From positions 1,335,833 to 1,367,832 of the forward strand of contig NC_014378.1 in NCBI RefSeq assembly GCF_000144695.1: DNA of 32,000 nucleotides, read 5' to 3'. The notes beneath the pieces were generated by a model. It had not been told where the DNA came from, ran no database searches, and saw nothing but the letters and a program-made list of their open reading frames with translations. A program made the position numbers and the translations under genes. Positions 17,866-26,127 of the stretch are shown in pieces; positions within the stretch are counted from its first letter, which is position 1, and each line of letters opens with the position of its first letter. The stretch comes from Acetohalobium arabaticum DSM 5501. Its GTDB lineage: Bacteria > Bacillota > Halanaerobiia > Halobacteroidales > Acetohalobiaceae.

Positions 17866-17899
17866 AAAAAATAAAAAGAGGGCTAAATGCCCCCTTTTT
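17866..17899 (-). terminator. Terminator at the end of the methyltransferase operon
   Basis: On the minus strand, GGGGGC-auuua-GCCCUC hairpin followed by UUUUUAUUUUUU. Confidence 0.75.
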
Positions 17900-17904
17900 A
17901 ACAA

Positions 17905-18702
17905 TTACACATCCAATTCTCCATTTTGAACAGCCTGAATATAATTACTACAGTGTTTATCATTTCCTAATAAGGTATTTGCAGTAGTTATTAAAGCCAT
18001 AATCTTTGGATCTAATGGATCTATAATAGCACTATCCATGCCTTTAGCCATGGCCAAAGTTACAAAGGTTCTATTAAGCAATTTTCTCTGCGGCAGTCCA
18101 TGAGAAATATTACTTAATCCACAAGTAATATGTACATCTTCATACTCACTCGTAATTTCATCGATTGCCTCAAGAATATGCTGTCCTACCTCTTGGTCGG
18201 TTCCAATAGGCTGAATAATCGGATCAACATAAATATCATCCATATCCATTCCAGCATCAGTTAAATCTTCAATTAACTTCTTTCCCACTCTAGTTCTATC
18301 TTCAATACCATCAGGCATTCCACCATCATCCATTACCAAGGCAACCACTTGAGCATCATGTTTTTGAATTATTTCTAGTGTCTCGTTAAATCTTTCTTCT
18401 TCAGCAGTAATAGAATTGACTAAAGCCTTTCCATCATGAGCAGCTAAGGCTCTATCCATAGCTTTAGGATCAGGAGTATCTATACATAATGGTACATCAA
18501 CTACCTCTTGTACCGTATTTACTAACCATTCTAATGCTTCTTGCTCTTCATCAATTAGAGTTCCGCAGTTAACATCAATATAATCTGCTCCTGCTTCTTC
18601 CTGTTTTTTAGCTAAATCTTGAATAAACTCTGTATCTCTATCCTTAACAGCCGGCTCAATTCCCTCTCTACTTGTATTAATTAATTCACCAACAATTATC
18701 AT
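17905..18702 (-). CDS. Methylcorrinoid:tetrahydrofolate methyltransferase (pterin-binding, MeTr/AcsE/MtgA-like)
   Basis: 265 aa. It is collinear, as I recall it, with Moorella MeTr: IIGE-IN start, D-NCG, PLCIDT, NSI, GLSN-S, NRTF, D-AI-D. SD GGAGGG. Confidence 0.85.
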   Translation of the reverse strand: MIIVGELINTSREGIEPAVKDRDTEFIQDLAKKQEEAGADYIDVNCGTLIDEEQEALEWLVNTVQEVVDVPLCIDTPDPKAMDRALAAHDGKALVNSITAEEERFNETLEIIQKHDAQVVALVMDDGGMPDGIEDRTRVGKKLIEDLTDAGMDMDDIYVDPIIQPIGTDQEVGQHILEAIDEITSEYEDVHITCGLSNISHGLPQRKLLNRTFVTLAMAKGMDSAIIDPLDPKIMALITTANTLLGNDKHCSNYIQAVQNGELDV

Positions 18703-18748
18703 TTTTTTCCCTCCTAATAAATTTTAAAATTAAGTTATTTTATGTAAT

Positions 18749-18786
18749 GGATAGTATCAATGCCGAGGTCGGCATTGATACTATCC
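18749..18786 (-). promoter_or_regulatory. Perfect 18-bp-stem hairpin in the mtbC-methyltransferase intercistronic spacer
   Basis: GGATAGTATCAATGCCGA-gg-TCGGCATTGATACTATCC. No U-tract follows on the coding (minus) strand. Confidence 0.6.
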
Positions 18787-18802
18787 TAATCCTTTATTTA
18801 TC

Positions 18803-19447
18803 TTAATCTGCTAATTCTTTAATTTTATTAACTGCTTCATTTGCATCTTCTGCATAACCATCTGCTCCGATTTTTTCTGCAAATCTTTTTGTAACCGGTC
18901 CACCACCAACTACTAAGTCAAACTCATCACGTAAGTTTTCTTCCTCTAAAATCTCTAATAATTCTTCATTTGCTCCCATAGTAGTAGTTAATAATGCACT
19001 AGTTCCTATAATATCAGCATCAACTTCTTTAGCCTTAGTAATAAAATCTTCAATAGGAACATCTGTTCCTAAATCAAAAACTTCAATTCCATTTGCCTCT
19101 AAAATTGAAGCTACAATTCCTTTTCCAATATCATGAACATCACCTTGTACTGTACCTAAAACAATCTTGATACTTTCTCCAGCTGCTGCATCTTCTTTTG
19201 CTGCAGCTTCTTGTAAAATTCCACTAGCTTTTTTCATTGCTTCAGCACAGCCCATTAGCTGAGGTAAGAATAACTCACCTCTATCAAATAATCTACCAAC
19301 TTCCTTAATTCCTGCAGTATAACCTTTCTCTATCATCTTTAACGGATCAATTCCTTCATCAAGTGCAGTTTGAGCAATCTCCTCAGCTTTATCTACGTCA
19401 GCATCACAAATAGCTTCAGCCGCTTTTTCAAAAAGTTCATCACTCAT
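18803..19447 (-). CDS. mtbC: Methylamine-specific corrinoid protein (B12-binding domain)
   Basis: 214 aa. N-terminal helical cap plus Rossmann B12 domain with DxHxxG motif (GDVHDIGKGIV). SD GGAGG 8 nt upstream. It starts 22 nt after the MtbB stop. Confidence 0.85.
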   Translation of the reverse strand: MSDELFEKAAEAICDADVDKAEEIAQTALDEGIDPLKMIEKGYTAGIKEVGRLFDRGELFLPQLMGCAEAMKKASGILQEAAAKEDAAAGESIKIVLGTVQGDVHDIGKGIVASILEANGIEVFDLGTDVPIEDFITKAKEVDADIIGTSALLTTTMGANEELLEILEEENLRDEFDLVVGGGPVTKRFAEKIGADGYAEDANEAVNKIKELAD

Positions 19448-19468
19448 CAGAACAACCTCCTAACATCA

Positions 19469-20845
19469 TTAAGATGTTTTATTTTTAAACTTCTCTACAG
19501 AATTAATTCTAATATCAAGCAATTCAGAAATGTTAAACTTAGCTTCTACGCCTTTAGCCTCTCCAGCTTCAGGCTGAACTCGCCCGATATTCAATTCATT
19601 TCGTACCTCATCCATAATCACAGGATCAGTCAATTCTCCTACTTCAACCCCTAATTTATCAGCAACATATTCTTTCGCTTCATCTAGACGCATATTTTCG
19701 GACATTTGCATGCGCGCTACCAGGTCTCCGGCAGTACGTACTCCGCCCATGCCCGAAGCTAATGCGTGACTGATGACCATTCCATTAGGGTCACCTACAC
19801 CTACCTACAACCCATCTTGTTTACCAATCTCAGCCAGAGCAGCAGAAGCTCTACTTAAAGAATCTGCTGGCGGAGTTTCAACTATTGGTACACCGCCTAC
19901 ACCCATACCTACATTTGCATGTACAGGAATATCAGCCGCTTCAGCACAAGCTTTCATCATAGTTACAGTTCTACCTATATTCCAAGGAATAGTCTCACTA
20001 CTATTGATGTTAACTACCGGGCCAAAGACATCAACTCCAGCCTCTTCAGCTAACTTCACCTGCTCATGCGGATATAATCCTGCTAAACCAACTCCATTAT
20101 ACTCTAAATCTCCATGCATTCCTAAAACAAATTCTCCAGCCATTCCCATCTCAATACTGATATTAGGATACTTTTCCTTTAATTCTTCCGTTGCTTTCAA
20201 TGTAGCCAAGAAATCAGGTTCCCCTGCTGAACCAGTTGTATCAAAATTAATTCCATCTGCTCCAGCTTCATACATCTTACTTCCTACAAAAACCATATCT
20301 TTAATTGCATGTTCCATCATACCTTCATAAGCTTCTTGCGCTTCTTTAACTTTCCCCTTTGGCAACAATTCTGCTGGATTAGGAAATGCCCCATCTGGTT
20401 GACTGTATAATGATAGATTAGGCATTGCTCCGTAATATAGAGGTAAGACCGTACTCAACAGAGCCTGTTCCATCTCTATTTGCTCTTCAGCTACAATTGG
20501 CTTTACGGGCTTAAAACTGTAATCAATATGAGCCAATTCTGCAGTATCAGAGCAAAAAACTCTTTCATAAATCTGCAAATCAGGAATTCTACCGATTGAA
20601 ACAGCCAAACGCTTTAATTTTACTGATCCTTCATCAAAAGTTAAAACTAACTCATTTCCCGTTTCAACACTTACAAATTTACTCGGTCTTGTATAAATAT
20701 CTGTTAATTTTTCTATTTCCTCCTCAGGAAGGGAATCAACCTCTGCTCGGTCAACAGCATCTTCAATTCCTCTTTCTATATCTGCTCTAATTTCATCTTC
20801 AGTCATTTCTATTGTCGAGCCGTCTCCTAGCCTTGTCTGTACCAT
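19469..20845 (-). CDS. mtbB: Dimethylamine:corrinoid methyltransferase with in-frame UAG (predicted pyrrolysine) at 19805-19807
   Basis: - Track ORFs 19805..20866 and 19469..19780 are in the same frame.
- They are separated only by TAG plus 8 open codons (VGVGDPNG).
- The joined product from ATG 20843-20845 (AAGGAG SD 8 nt upstream) is 458 codons with UAG at codon 347.
- Remembered MtbB motifs lie on both sides: HIDYSFKPVKP, GMGVGG before; GDLVARM, AKEYVADKLGV, LLDIRINS after. Confidence 0.85.
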
Positions 20846-21335
20846 ATTTTTCACTCCTTTATTCAATTAAATTTTAATTTAAATTCAGTCCCACACTTAA
20901 CCAGAAATTAAATCTTCCATTGTCAGATTTTACTTATCACCTCCTTTTCATATTCTTTGCTATTTTGTTAAAATATTAATAATTTTATAAAGATTCTGAT
21001 GTCTCTGTAAAGGATAGATATATCGCATCTCTTTTCAAAAATTAAAATTATAAAAATTATATTAAATGAAGATAATGGTATTTGATAGATTACAATAGGT
21101 ATGAAAGGTAGAAATAAATGATATATTATTCCTTAATAAACTTATATCATTGTATTAGGTTGTATTATAATATTTCCATATTAACTATTTAATCCCTTTT
21201 ATTCTTATATTGTAATTAGTTATAACATTCATAAGTTATAAATTATTTAGACAATATAAAAGCTTGTCCATCTCTTAATCTCCTATTTATATAAGCAAAT
21301 AATTATATGATTTCAATAAAATATTAGTTATTTTT

Positions 21336-22166
21336 TTATTCTTTGATCCTTATCTGCTTCGGTTCTTCGATAATTATTTCTGGAGATTCTTCATAGTCCT
21401 TAACTCTTCCTCTTATTCTAACCTCTTTATGCAGATAATGCTGCGCCGGATTATTTGAAAATTTATATAGATTACTAGCAAATATAACAGCACTAAAGGT
21501 ATTCCAGTACTCTTCAGCAAAATTTAAAAATACAGCTTTACCGGAATCATACGTATCTATTACTTCACCCTCAACAATAACCTTCGTACCAATATATTCA
21601 TCAGCTTTCTGCCAGGAGATAACCGGAAGCTGGCTAGCTTCTTCCTCTTCTTTCTTCCAAAGTCCCCTATTATTCCCTCTAGCCTCTCTTACTAAATCCT
21701 TAAACAATTCAACATACTTTAAATTAGGCGGAATTGTCAATAATTCAGCATAACCTGCCACCAATAACTTAGCATTAAAGAAAGTCCCATCTTCCATAAA
21801 GATATAAGCTAAAGTACGTTTATACTTATCCTTCTTCTCCACACCATACTCCAGATATACCTTCTTATCTTCAAGCTTATTTTTTGTGAATTTACTTGCT
21901 TCCTTTCCATAATACTCTACTGACTTTTCCGGATGTTTAGTTTCAGGAGTATCAACACCGATAAAACGTATCTTTTCACCACCAGTTGTCTTAATAGTAT
22001 CGCCATCAATAACTTTAGCTACATAAACTTTAGCTAAATTATCTAATTTATCCTGATTAATCTTTAATTCTTCATTCACCTTCAAAGCTGATCCTGCAAT
22101 ACCAAAGCTTAATAGAATCATTACTAACAAAAGTAAACTTAAAACTCTACGTTTTATCAACAACAT
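21336..22166 (-). CDS. Secreted/membrane-anchored thermonuclease (SNase-like) with C-terminal OB-like extension
   Basis: About 276 aa. N-terminal hydrophobic segment. SNase motifs VIDGDTIK, RFIGVDTPE, YGKEA. ATG at 22166 (TTG at 22169 in the track). Confidence 0.8.
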   Translation of the reverse strand: MLLIKRRVLSLLLLVMILLSFGIAGSALKVNEELKINQDKLDNLAKVYVAKVIDGDTIKTTGGEKIRFIGVDTPETKHPEKSVEYYGKEASKFTKNKLEDKKVYLEYGVEKKDKYKRTLAYIFMEDGTFFNAKLLVAGYAELLTIPPNLKYVELFKDLVREARGNNRGLWKKEEEEASQLPVISWQKADEYIGTKVIVEGEVIDTYDSGKAVFLNFAEEYWNTFSAVIFASNLYKFSNNPAQHYLHKEVRIRGRVKDYEESPEIIIEEPKQIRIKE

Positions 22167-22235
22167 CAACCACCTCCGGATTTATAATATTCATTATCAT
22201 ATGAACTAATCCCTTCCAGGCTATTAAAATAAAAA

Positions 22236-22710
22236 AATTGATATATTGTTGCAGTTTAGAGTTGATATCTTGCAAACGCTCCAGAAATCAGTCCTAGTCA
22301 CTCAGCAGTAAATAAATCTTAGTGTTATGATTTAAAGATTCCGCTTTATATGTTAACTATTCTCTCTTATGGGACTGCTTTAAAGTCGCTTTTTGCAAGA
22401 TATCAACTAAATTGTGCAAAATTATCTGAGGGAAAGCGCTAAAACCCAAACCAATGAAATTTCTGTTCTGTAATACCATAAATAGTCAATATATACTTGA
22501 AATAACTCTCATTGGTGATAATCACAGCAATATATTTTATTATCAATAGTCAATATGTGTCCAGAGCGACTCTTAAAACTGGCCCGGAATCACGGACGAT
22601 GGAGGGCCAGTTTTTGATAGTGATCGAAACAGGACGTTGAGCGAACGACAAGCGGCGGATACATTTTGACTATCCCTGCAATATCTTGAAAGTGCAACAT
22701 TATATCAATT
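22236..22710. repeat. MITE-like element bounded by roughly 35-bp imperfect inverted repeats, with a third internal copy
   Basis: Left copy is aattgatatattgttgcagtttagagttgatatcttgcaaa (22236-22276). The reverse complement of the right copy (22677-22710) is aattgatataatgttgcactttcaagatattgca. An internal inverted copy lies at 22392-22419. No ORF inside. Confidence 0.5.
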
Positions 22711-22729
22711 AAATTCTACATTTACAATT

Positions 22730-22764
22730 AAAAAAGCCCCTAGCCTCATAAAGAGACTAGGAGC
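22730..22764 (-). terminator. Terminator after the Hsp20 gene
   Basis: On the minus strand, GCUCCUAGUCUC-uuuau-GAGGCUAGGGGC (10 of 12 bp) followed by UUUUUU. Confidence 0.7.
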
Positions 22765-22788
22765 TTAAAGTCATTCAACTACTTTTTA

Positions 22789-23418
22789 TTACTCTCCTAC
22801 ATTCACCTGTAGCTGTTGACGATTACTTGTTCCTTCCTTTTTCGGCATTCTTACCTCTAAAATACCATTGGAATAATTAGCATCAATTGCTTCAGCTCTA
22901 ACTGTTGTTGATAGCGGAACAGTCCTATGTATACCACTGGACTGATTCCCAGCAAAGGCTTGAGCAGAAATAGAAAGTGAATTCTCTGTTGCAGTTAAAT
23001 TCAAGTTATTAACATTTACATTGGGAAGGTTACAGGCTACAATTATATCATTCTTAGTTTCAGAAATATCTACACTAGGGCTGATAATTCCCGTCGATAA
23101 CTGCTGAGACATCATAGCATTGCTAGTTGCAGCATAACCTGCTTGAGCATTCTGCCCAAACTGGCTTCCCTGCTGTTGAATAGCTCCCGGCTGCTGCTGA
23201 ATAGTTCCAGTAGTCATATTATTGAAATTACCAGCATTAGAAGCTGGCTGTAGACGGTACGACCAGGCATTAGTTCTTGGTGCATAACCACTTACTGCTC
23301 CCATTGACTGTAGATTCTGACCTGACTGTAAGTTTTGACCAGCAAAGGCTTGCTGCTGCGGCATACCAAAAGCATTCTGTGCTAAAAATGGACTTTGAGT
23401 AAACTGATTAGTTAACAT
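22789..23418 (-). CDS. Hsp20/alpha-crystallin family protein with long Q/N/G-rich N-terminal region
   Basis: 209 aa. The C-terminal 90 aa is an alpha-crystallin domain (SPSVDISETKNDIIVACNLPNV...NGILEVRMPKK). The N-terminal roughly 110 aa is low complexity and includes GQNLQSGQNLQS. Confidence 0.8.
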   Translation of the reverse strand: MLTNQFTQSPFLAQNAFGMPQQQAFAGQNLQSGQNLQSMGAVSGYAPRTNAWSYRLQPASNAGNFNNMTTGTIQQQPGAIQQQGSQFGQNAQAGYAATSNAMMSQQLSTGIISPSVDISETKNDIIVACNLPNVNVNNLNLTATENSLSISAQAFAGNQSSGIHRTVPLSTTVRAEAIDANYSNGILEVRMPKKEGTSNRQQLQVNVGE

Positions 23419-23497
23419 TAACTGATCCCTCCTGGAATCTGTTTATTTTATTGATTTATCTTCAATTGCTAGTATAAACTGCTGGCTGAAAAAAATA

Positions 23498-23869
23498 CTA
23501 GAAATTATTGGTTTTGGGAAAGGTAACTTTTAACAAGCCATGTGTAAAGTTGGCTTCAGCATTATTATTATCAACATTTGTCGGCAGCGACATCTTACGA
23601 AAAAAGGCCCCTTTTCTTCGTTCCTGATGCAGAAAGTTCATCTGATTTTGAACTGCAGAATCAATATTTGCTTCAATAAAGATACTTTCTTGGGATAATT
23701 CAACATTCAAACTCTCCAGATTAACACCAGGCAGTTCATAAATATAATGTACCGCTCTATCATCTTCTACTACATCTACCTGAGGAGAAACATAATTCGG
23801 CTGATTATAGTTAGCAATTCCCGTTGAATGATTCCCCTGTCTATTCTGGAGATTAAAATTATTAGCCAT
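23498..23869 (-). CDS. Hsp20/alpha-crystallin family small heat-shock protein
   Basis: 123 aa. Contains PQVDVVEDDRAVHYIYELPGV...HGLLKVTFPK. SD AAGGAGGG. Stop codon is TAG (plus cta 23498-23500). Confidence 0.8.
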   Translation of the reverse strand: MANNFNLQNRQGNHSTGIANYNQPNYVSPQVDVVEDDRAVHYIYELPGVNLESLNVELSQESIFIEANIDSAVQNQMNFLHQERRKGAFFRKMSLPTNVDNNNAEANFTHGLLKVTFPKTNNF

Positions 23870-23970
23870 TAAAATCCCTCCTTATCCCTATTAGTATTTA
23901 GCTGCTAACACATAATTATTATTAACTTTTAGAATAATATAAGTAAAGTCTTTATTAAAGGAGGAATTCG

Positions 23971-24951
23971 GTGAGTAGAGAAGATAGATTACAGATTATA
24001 GAAGAAATTAGCAATCGACGTAACTCAGAAGTCATCTGTTACTTTACTGGTGATCGCAAAAATATCAGTACTCGCATTGCCCCTGACGCAGTTAAAGTTA
24101 TTTATCAACATTTAAGACAAATAAATCCTGATAATAAAATCGATCTCTTCATTTATACGCGGGGAGGAGATGTACTAACTCCCTGGCGGTTGGTTAATTT
24201 AATTCGTGAATACTGCGACTACTTTAGCGTATTAGTTCCGTTTCGCGCTTATAGCGCCGGTACCTTAATCTGTCTTGGAGCCAATGAAATTGTAATGGGC
24301 AAAATGGGAGAATTAGGTCCTATCGACCCTACAGTAGCCAATGCCTTTAATCCGCAAAATCCTAATAACCCCGAAGCAAAGATTCCTATCAGTGTAGAAG
24401 ATGTCAGCGCTTATCTTGATCTAGCCCAGGAGAGATTCAAGGTTCAGAGTGAAGATAATCTAATTAATGCTCTCTCCTATTTAGTAGACCAGGTACATCC
24501 ATTAGCTTTAGGTAATGTCCGGCGCAATTACCTACTAATTAGATCAACAGCTAAAAAATTATTATCATTACATTCACTGGTAGAAAATGAAGCAGTAGTT
24601 CAAAATATTATTGATTATTTAACCGAAAAACTCTATGCCCATAACTATATGATTCCGCGTAAAGAAGCAGCTGATATCAAATTGCCAGTAAAGTATCCTG
24701 ATCCAGAATTAGAAGACTTACTTTGGCGTTTATATGAAAATTACGAAGAAGAATTAGAATTAAAAAAGCCGTTTCAACCGTTGGATTATTTGGATCATGC
24801 TAATAATGAATTTCAAGTCTGCGGGGGTTATATTGAAAGCAAACCTGCCCTTGATAAGTTTATCTTTACTGGTCAGGTGCAGCAGGACGAGATGATGAAT
24901 GAACCAGAAGTAAATATCACCGAACAGAAATGGGTTCCAGCCATCAAATAA
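23971..24951 (+). CDS. SDH-family (serine dehydrogenase proteinase) Clp-fold serine protease
   Basis: 326 aa. GTG start 7 nt after AAGGAGG. Contains IDLFIYTRGGDVLTPWRLVNLIREY and RAYSAGTLICLGANEIVMGKMGELGPIDP, typical of the ClpP/SppA-like SDH family. Confidence 0.7.
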   Translation: MSREDRLQIIEEISNRRNSEVICYFTGDRKNISTRIAPDAVKVIYQHLRQINPDNKIDLFIYTRGGDVLTPWRLVNLIREYCDYFSVLVPFRAYSAGTLICLGANEIVMGKMGELGPIDPTVANAFNPQNPNNPEAKIPISVEDVSAYLDLAQERFKVQSEDNLINALSYLVDQVHPLALGNVRRNYLLIRSTAKKLLSLHSLVENEAVVQNIIDYLTEKLYAHNYMIPRKEAADIKLPVKYPDPELEDLLWRLYENYEEELELKKPFQPLDYLDHANNEFQVCGGYIESKPALDKFIFTGQVQQDEMMNEPEVNITEQKWVPAIK

Positions 24952-24981
24952 ATATCTTTTAATCTATAAAGGAGTGATACT

Positions 24982-25158
24982 ATGGTAGATATCAACCCCA
25001 ATCATGATATAGCTACACCAGAAGAAACTGAAACTTACTATATTATTGATGATAATTCCGGGTCAGCTTCAGCTAACTATCTATCTCGAAACCTAATCAA
25101 AAAAGATGGAATTATAATTGCTTCGGAAGAAAATAATACCAGTGCTGACTTAAACTAA
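24982..25158 (+). CDS. Small acidic hypothetical protein (58 aa), not in the ORF track
   Basis: ATG lies 8 nt after AAGGAG and 30 nt downstream of the protease stop. Sequence is MVDINPNHDIATPEETETYYIIDDNSGSASANYLSRNLIKKDGIIIASEENNTSADLN. A strong hairpin follows. Confidence 0.45.
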   Translation: MVDINPNHDIATPEETETYYIIDDNSGSASANYLSRNLIKKDGIIIASEENNTSADLN

Positions 25159-25159
25159 T

Positions 25160-25196
25160 AACAGCTCCTAATTTCGTTGAGAAATTAGGAGCTGTT
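25160..25196. terminator. 16-bp-stem hairpin between convergent genes
   Basis: AACAGCTCCTAATTTC-gttga-GAAATTAGGAGCTGTT. The flanking U-tracts are weak on both strands. Confidence 0.6.
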
Positions 25197-25222
25197 AAGA
25201 AATTAAAAACTATTGCTTAGAT

Positions 25223-26101
25223 TTAATCTATAACTTTACACCAGAGGTTCATATCCTCTAATTTACCACCAATATGACAATTTTTAATCATCTTTCCTGT
25301 GTATTCATAACCGGCTTGCTTAAATACTTTATTCATGCTATAAGAAATTGATCGAGCAATAGTATAAAGGCTTTGATAATTCCGCTCAGCTAATTCCTCT
25401 TCTAATTCCATAAGTAGATAACTAGCAGCCCCTTGACCTCTTGCTTCAGGAGCAGTAGCAAAGTCAGTCATTTCAGCATTCTTTAACTCAGGATCTGTAT
25501 CTGCAGAAGCTGTAGCCACTAAATTATTATTATTGTCGTAAATCAGACCGTAAACTAAATTTTCCTGCATAGTTTTATACAGATATTCTGGATCAAAAAT
25601 TGGATTAGGATAAGAATCAAATACCTGCTTATATAATTGAGCCATTTCATCTAGATCAGAAGATTCAGCAAGCTTAAAGTTCCAGCCGTCATTTAGCTCC
25701 GGCCTTTTATTTTTTGGTTCAAGATTAGTTATCTTTTCTATAATTTCTTCTGCTTTTTCTTTATTAAAATGGAGGCTGCGTTTTTCATTCACATAATAAC
25801 TCATTATTATAGCATCTTCAGTACGATAAAAATTTGGAATTTCAGCTTCAGATTTAAATCCTAATCTAATAAATTTATTCTTATCAGAAGTCTTTGCTTT
25901 GACCCAAATTTTACCATAATTCTTCCGCTTAGCTTCTGATTTTAATCTTTTACCTAAACTGAATACATTCTTTCCCCAATAAGACTTAACAGTAATTCTT
26001 TGATTGAAGTCTGAATACTTAACCTTAGCTGCATAATTTCGCCCTCTAATAATCTTAAAATTCCCATGCTCATTCTCCAATTTTAATGAAGAAATACTCA
26101 T
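25223..26101 (-). CDS. ablB: Beta-lysine N6-acetyltransferase (GNAT, AblB-type)
   Basis: 292 aa. C-terminal GNAT with acetyl-CoA motif ARGQGAASYLL. It sits 26 nt downstream of a lysine 2,3-aminomutase gene, the canonical ablA-ablB arrangement. Confidence 0.7.
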   Translation of the reverse strand: MSISSLKLENEHGNFKIIRGRNYAAKVKYSDFNQRITVKSYWGKNVFSLGKRLKSEAKRKNYGKIWVKAKTSDKNKFIRLGFKSEAEIPNFYRTEDAIIMSYYVNEKRSLHFNKEKAEEIIEKITNLEPKNKRPELNDGWNFKLAESSDLDEMAQLYKQVFDSYPNPIFDPEYLYKTMQENLVYGLIYDNNNNLVATASADTDPELKNAEMTDFATAPEARGQGAASYLLMELEEELAERNYQSLYTIARSISYSMNKVFKQAGYEYTGKMIKNCHIGGKLEDMNLWCKVID

Positions 26102-26127
26102 TTTGAAAGTAATTACCTCCTTAATTC

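Noticed and set aside
19773-20330. 185-aa plus-strand ORF, along with other antisense ORFs: 464..772, 2725..2955, 3141..3377, 6916..7254, 7450..7653, 10890..11228, 12579..12764, 19370..19654, 20596..20790.
   Set aside because: All lie antisense inside longer ORFs with clear family motifs. They have low-complexity, Ser/Leu/Phe/Ile-rich translations typical of shadow frames in AT-rich DNA, and no ribosome-binding sites.
19469-20866. Reading the two ORFs 19805..20866 and 19469..19780 as separate genes, or as a nonsense-mutated pseudogene.
   Set aside because: They share one frame with only a single TAG between them and no further stops or frameshifts. Conserved MtbB-type motifs continue after the TAG. 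The TAG position matches where MtbB proteins carry pyrrolysine. A pseudogene cannot be formally excluded without finding pyl genes.
20846-21335. Searched the AT-rich region upstream of mtbB, and all other spacers, for pylT or any tRNA.
   Set aside because: No cloverleaf-capable GC-containing segment with a CUA anticodon loop was found. The region is almost pure AT and looks like promoter or UTR DNA.
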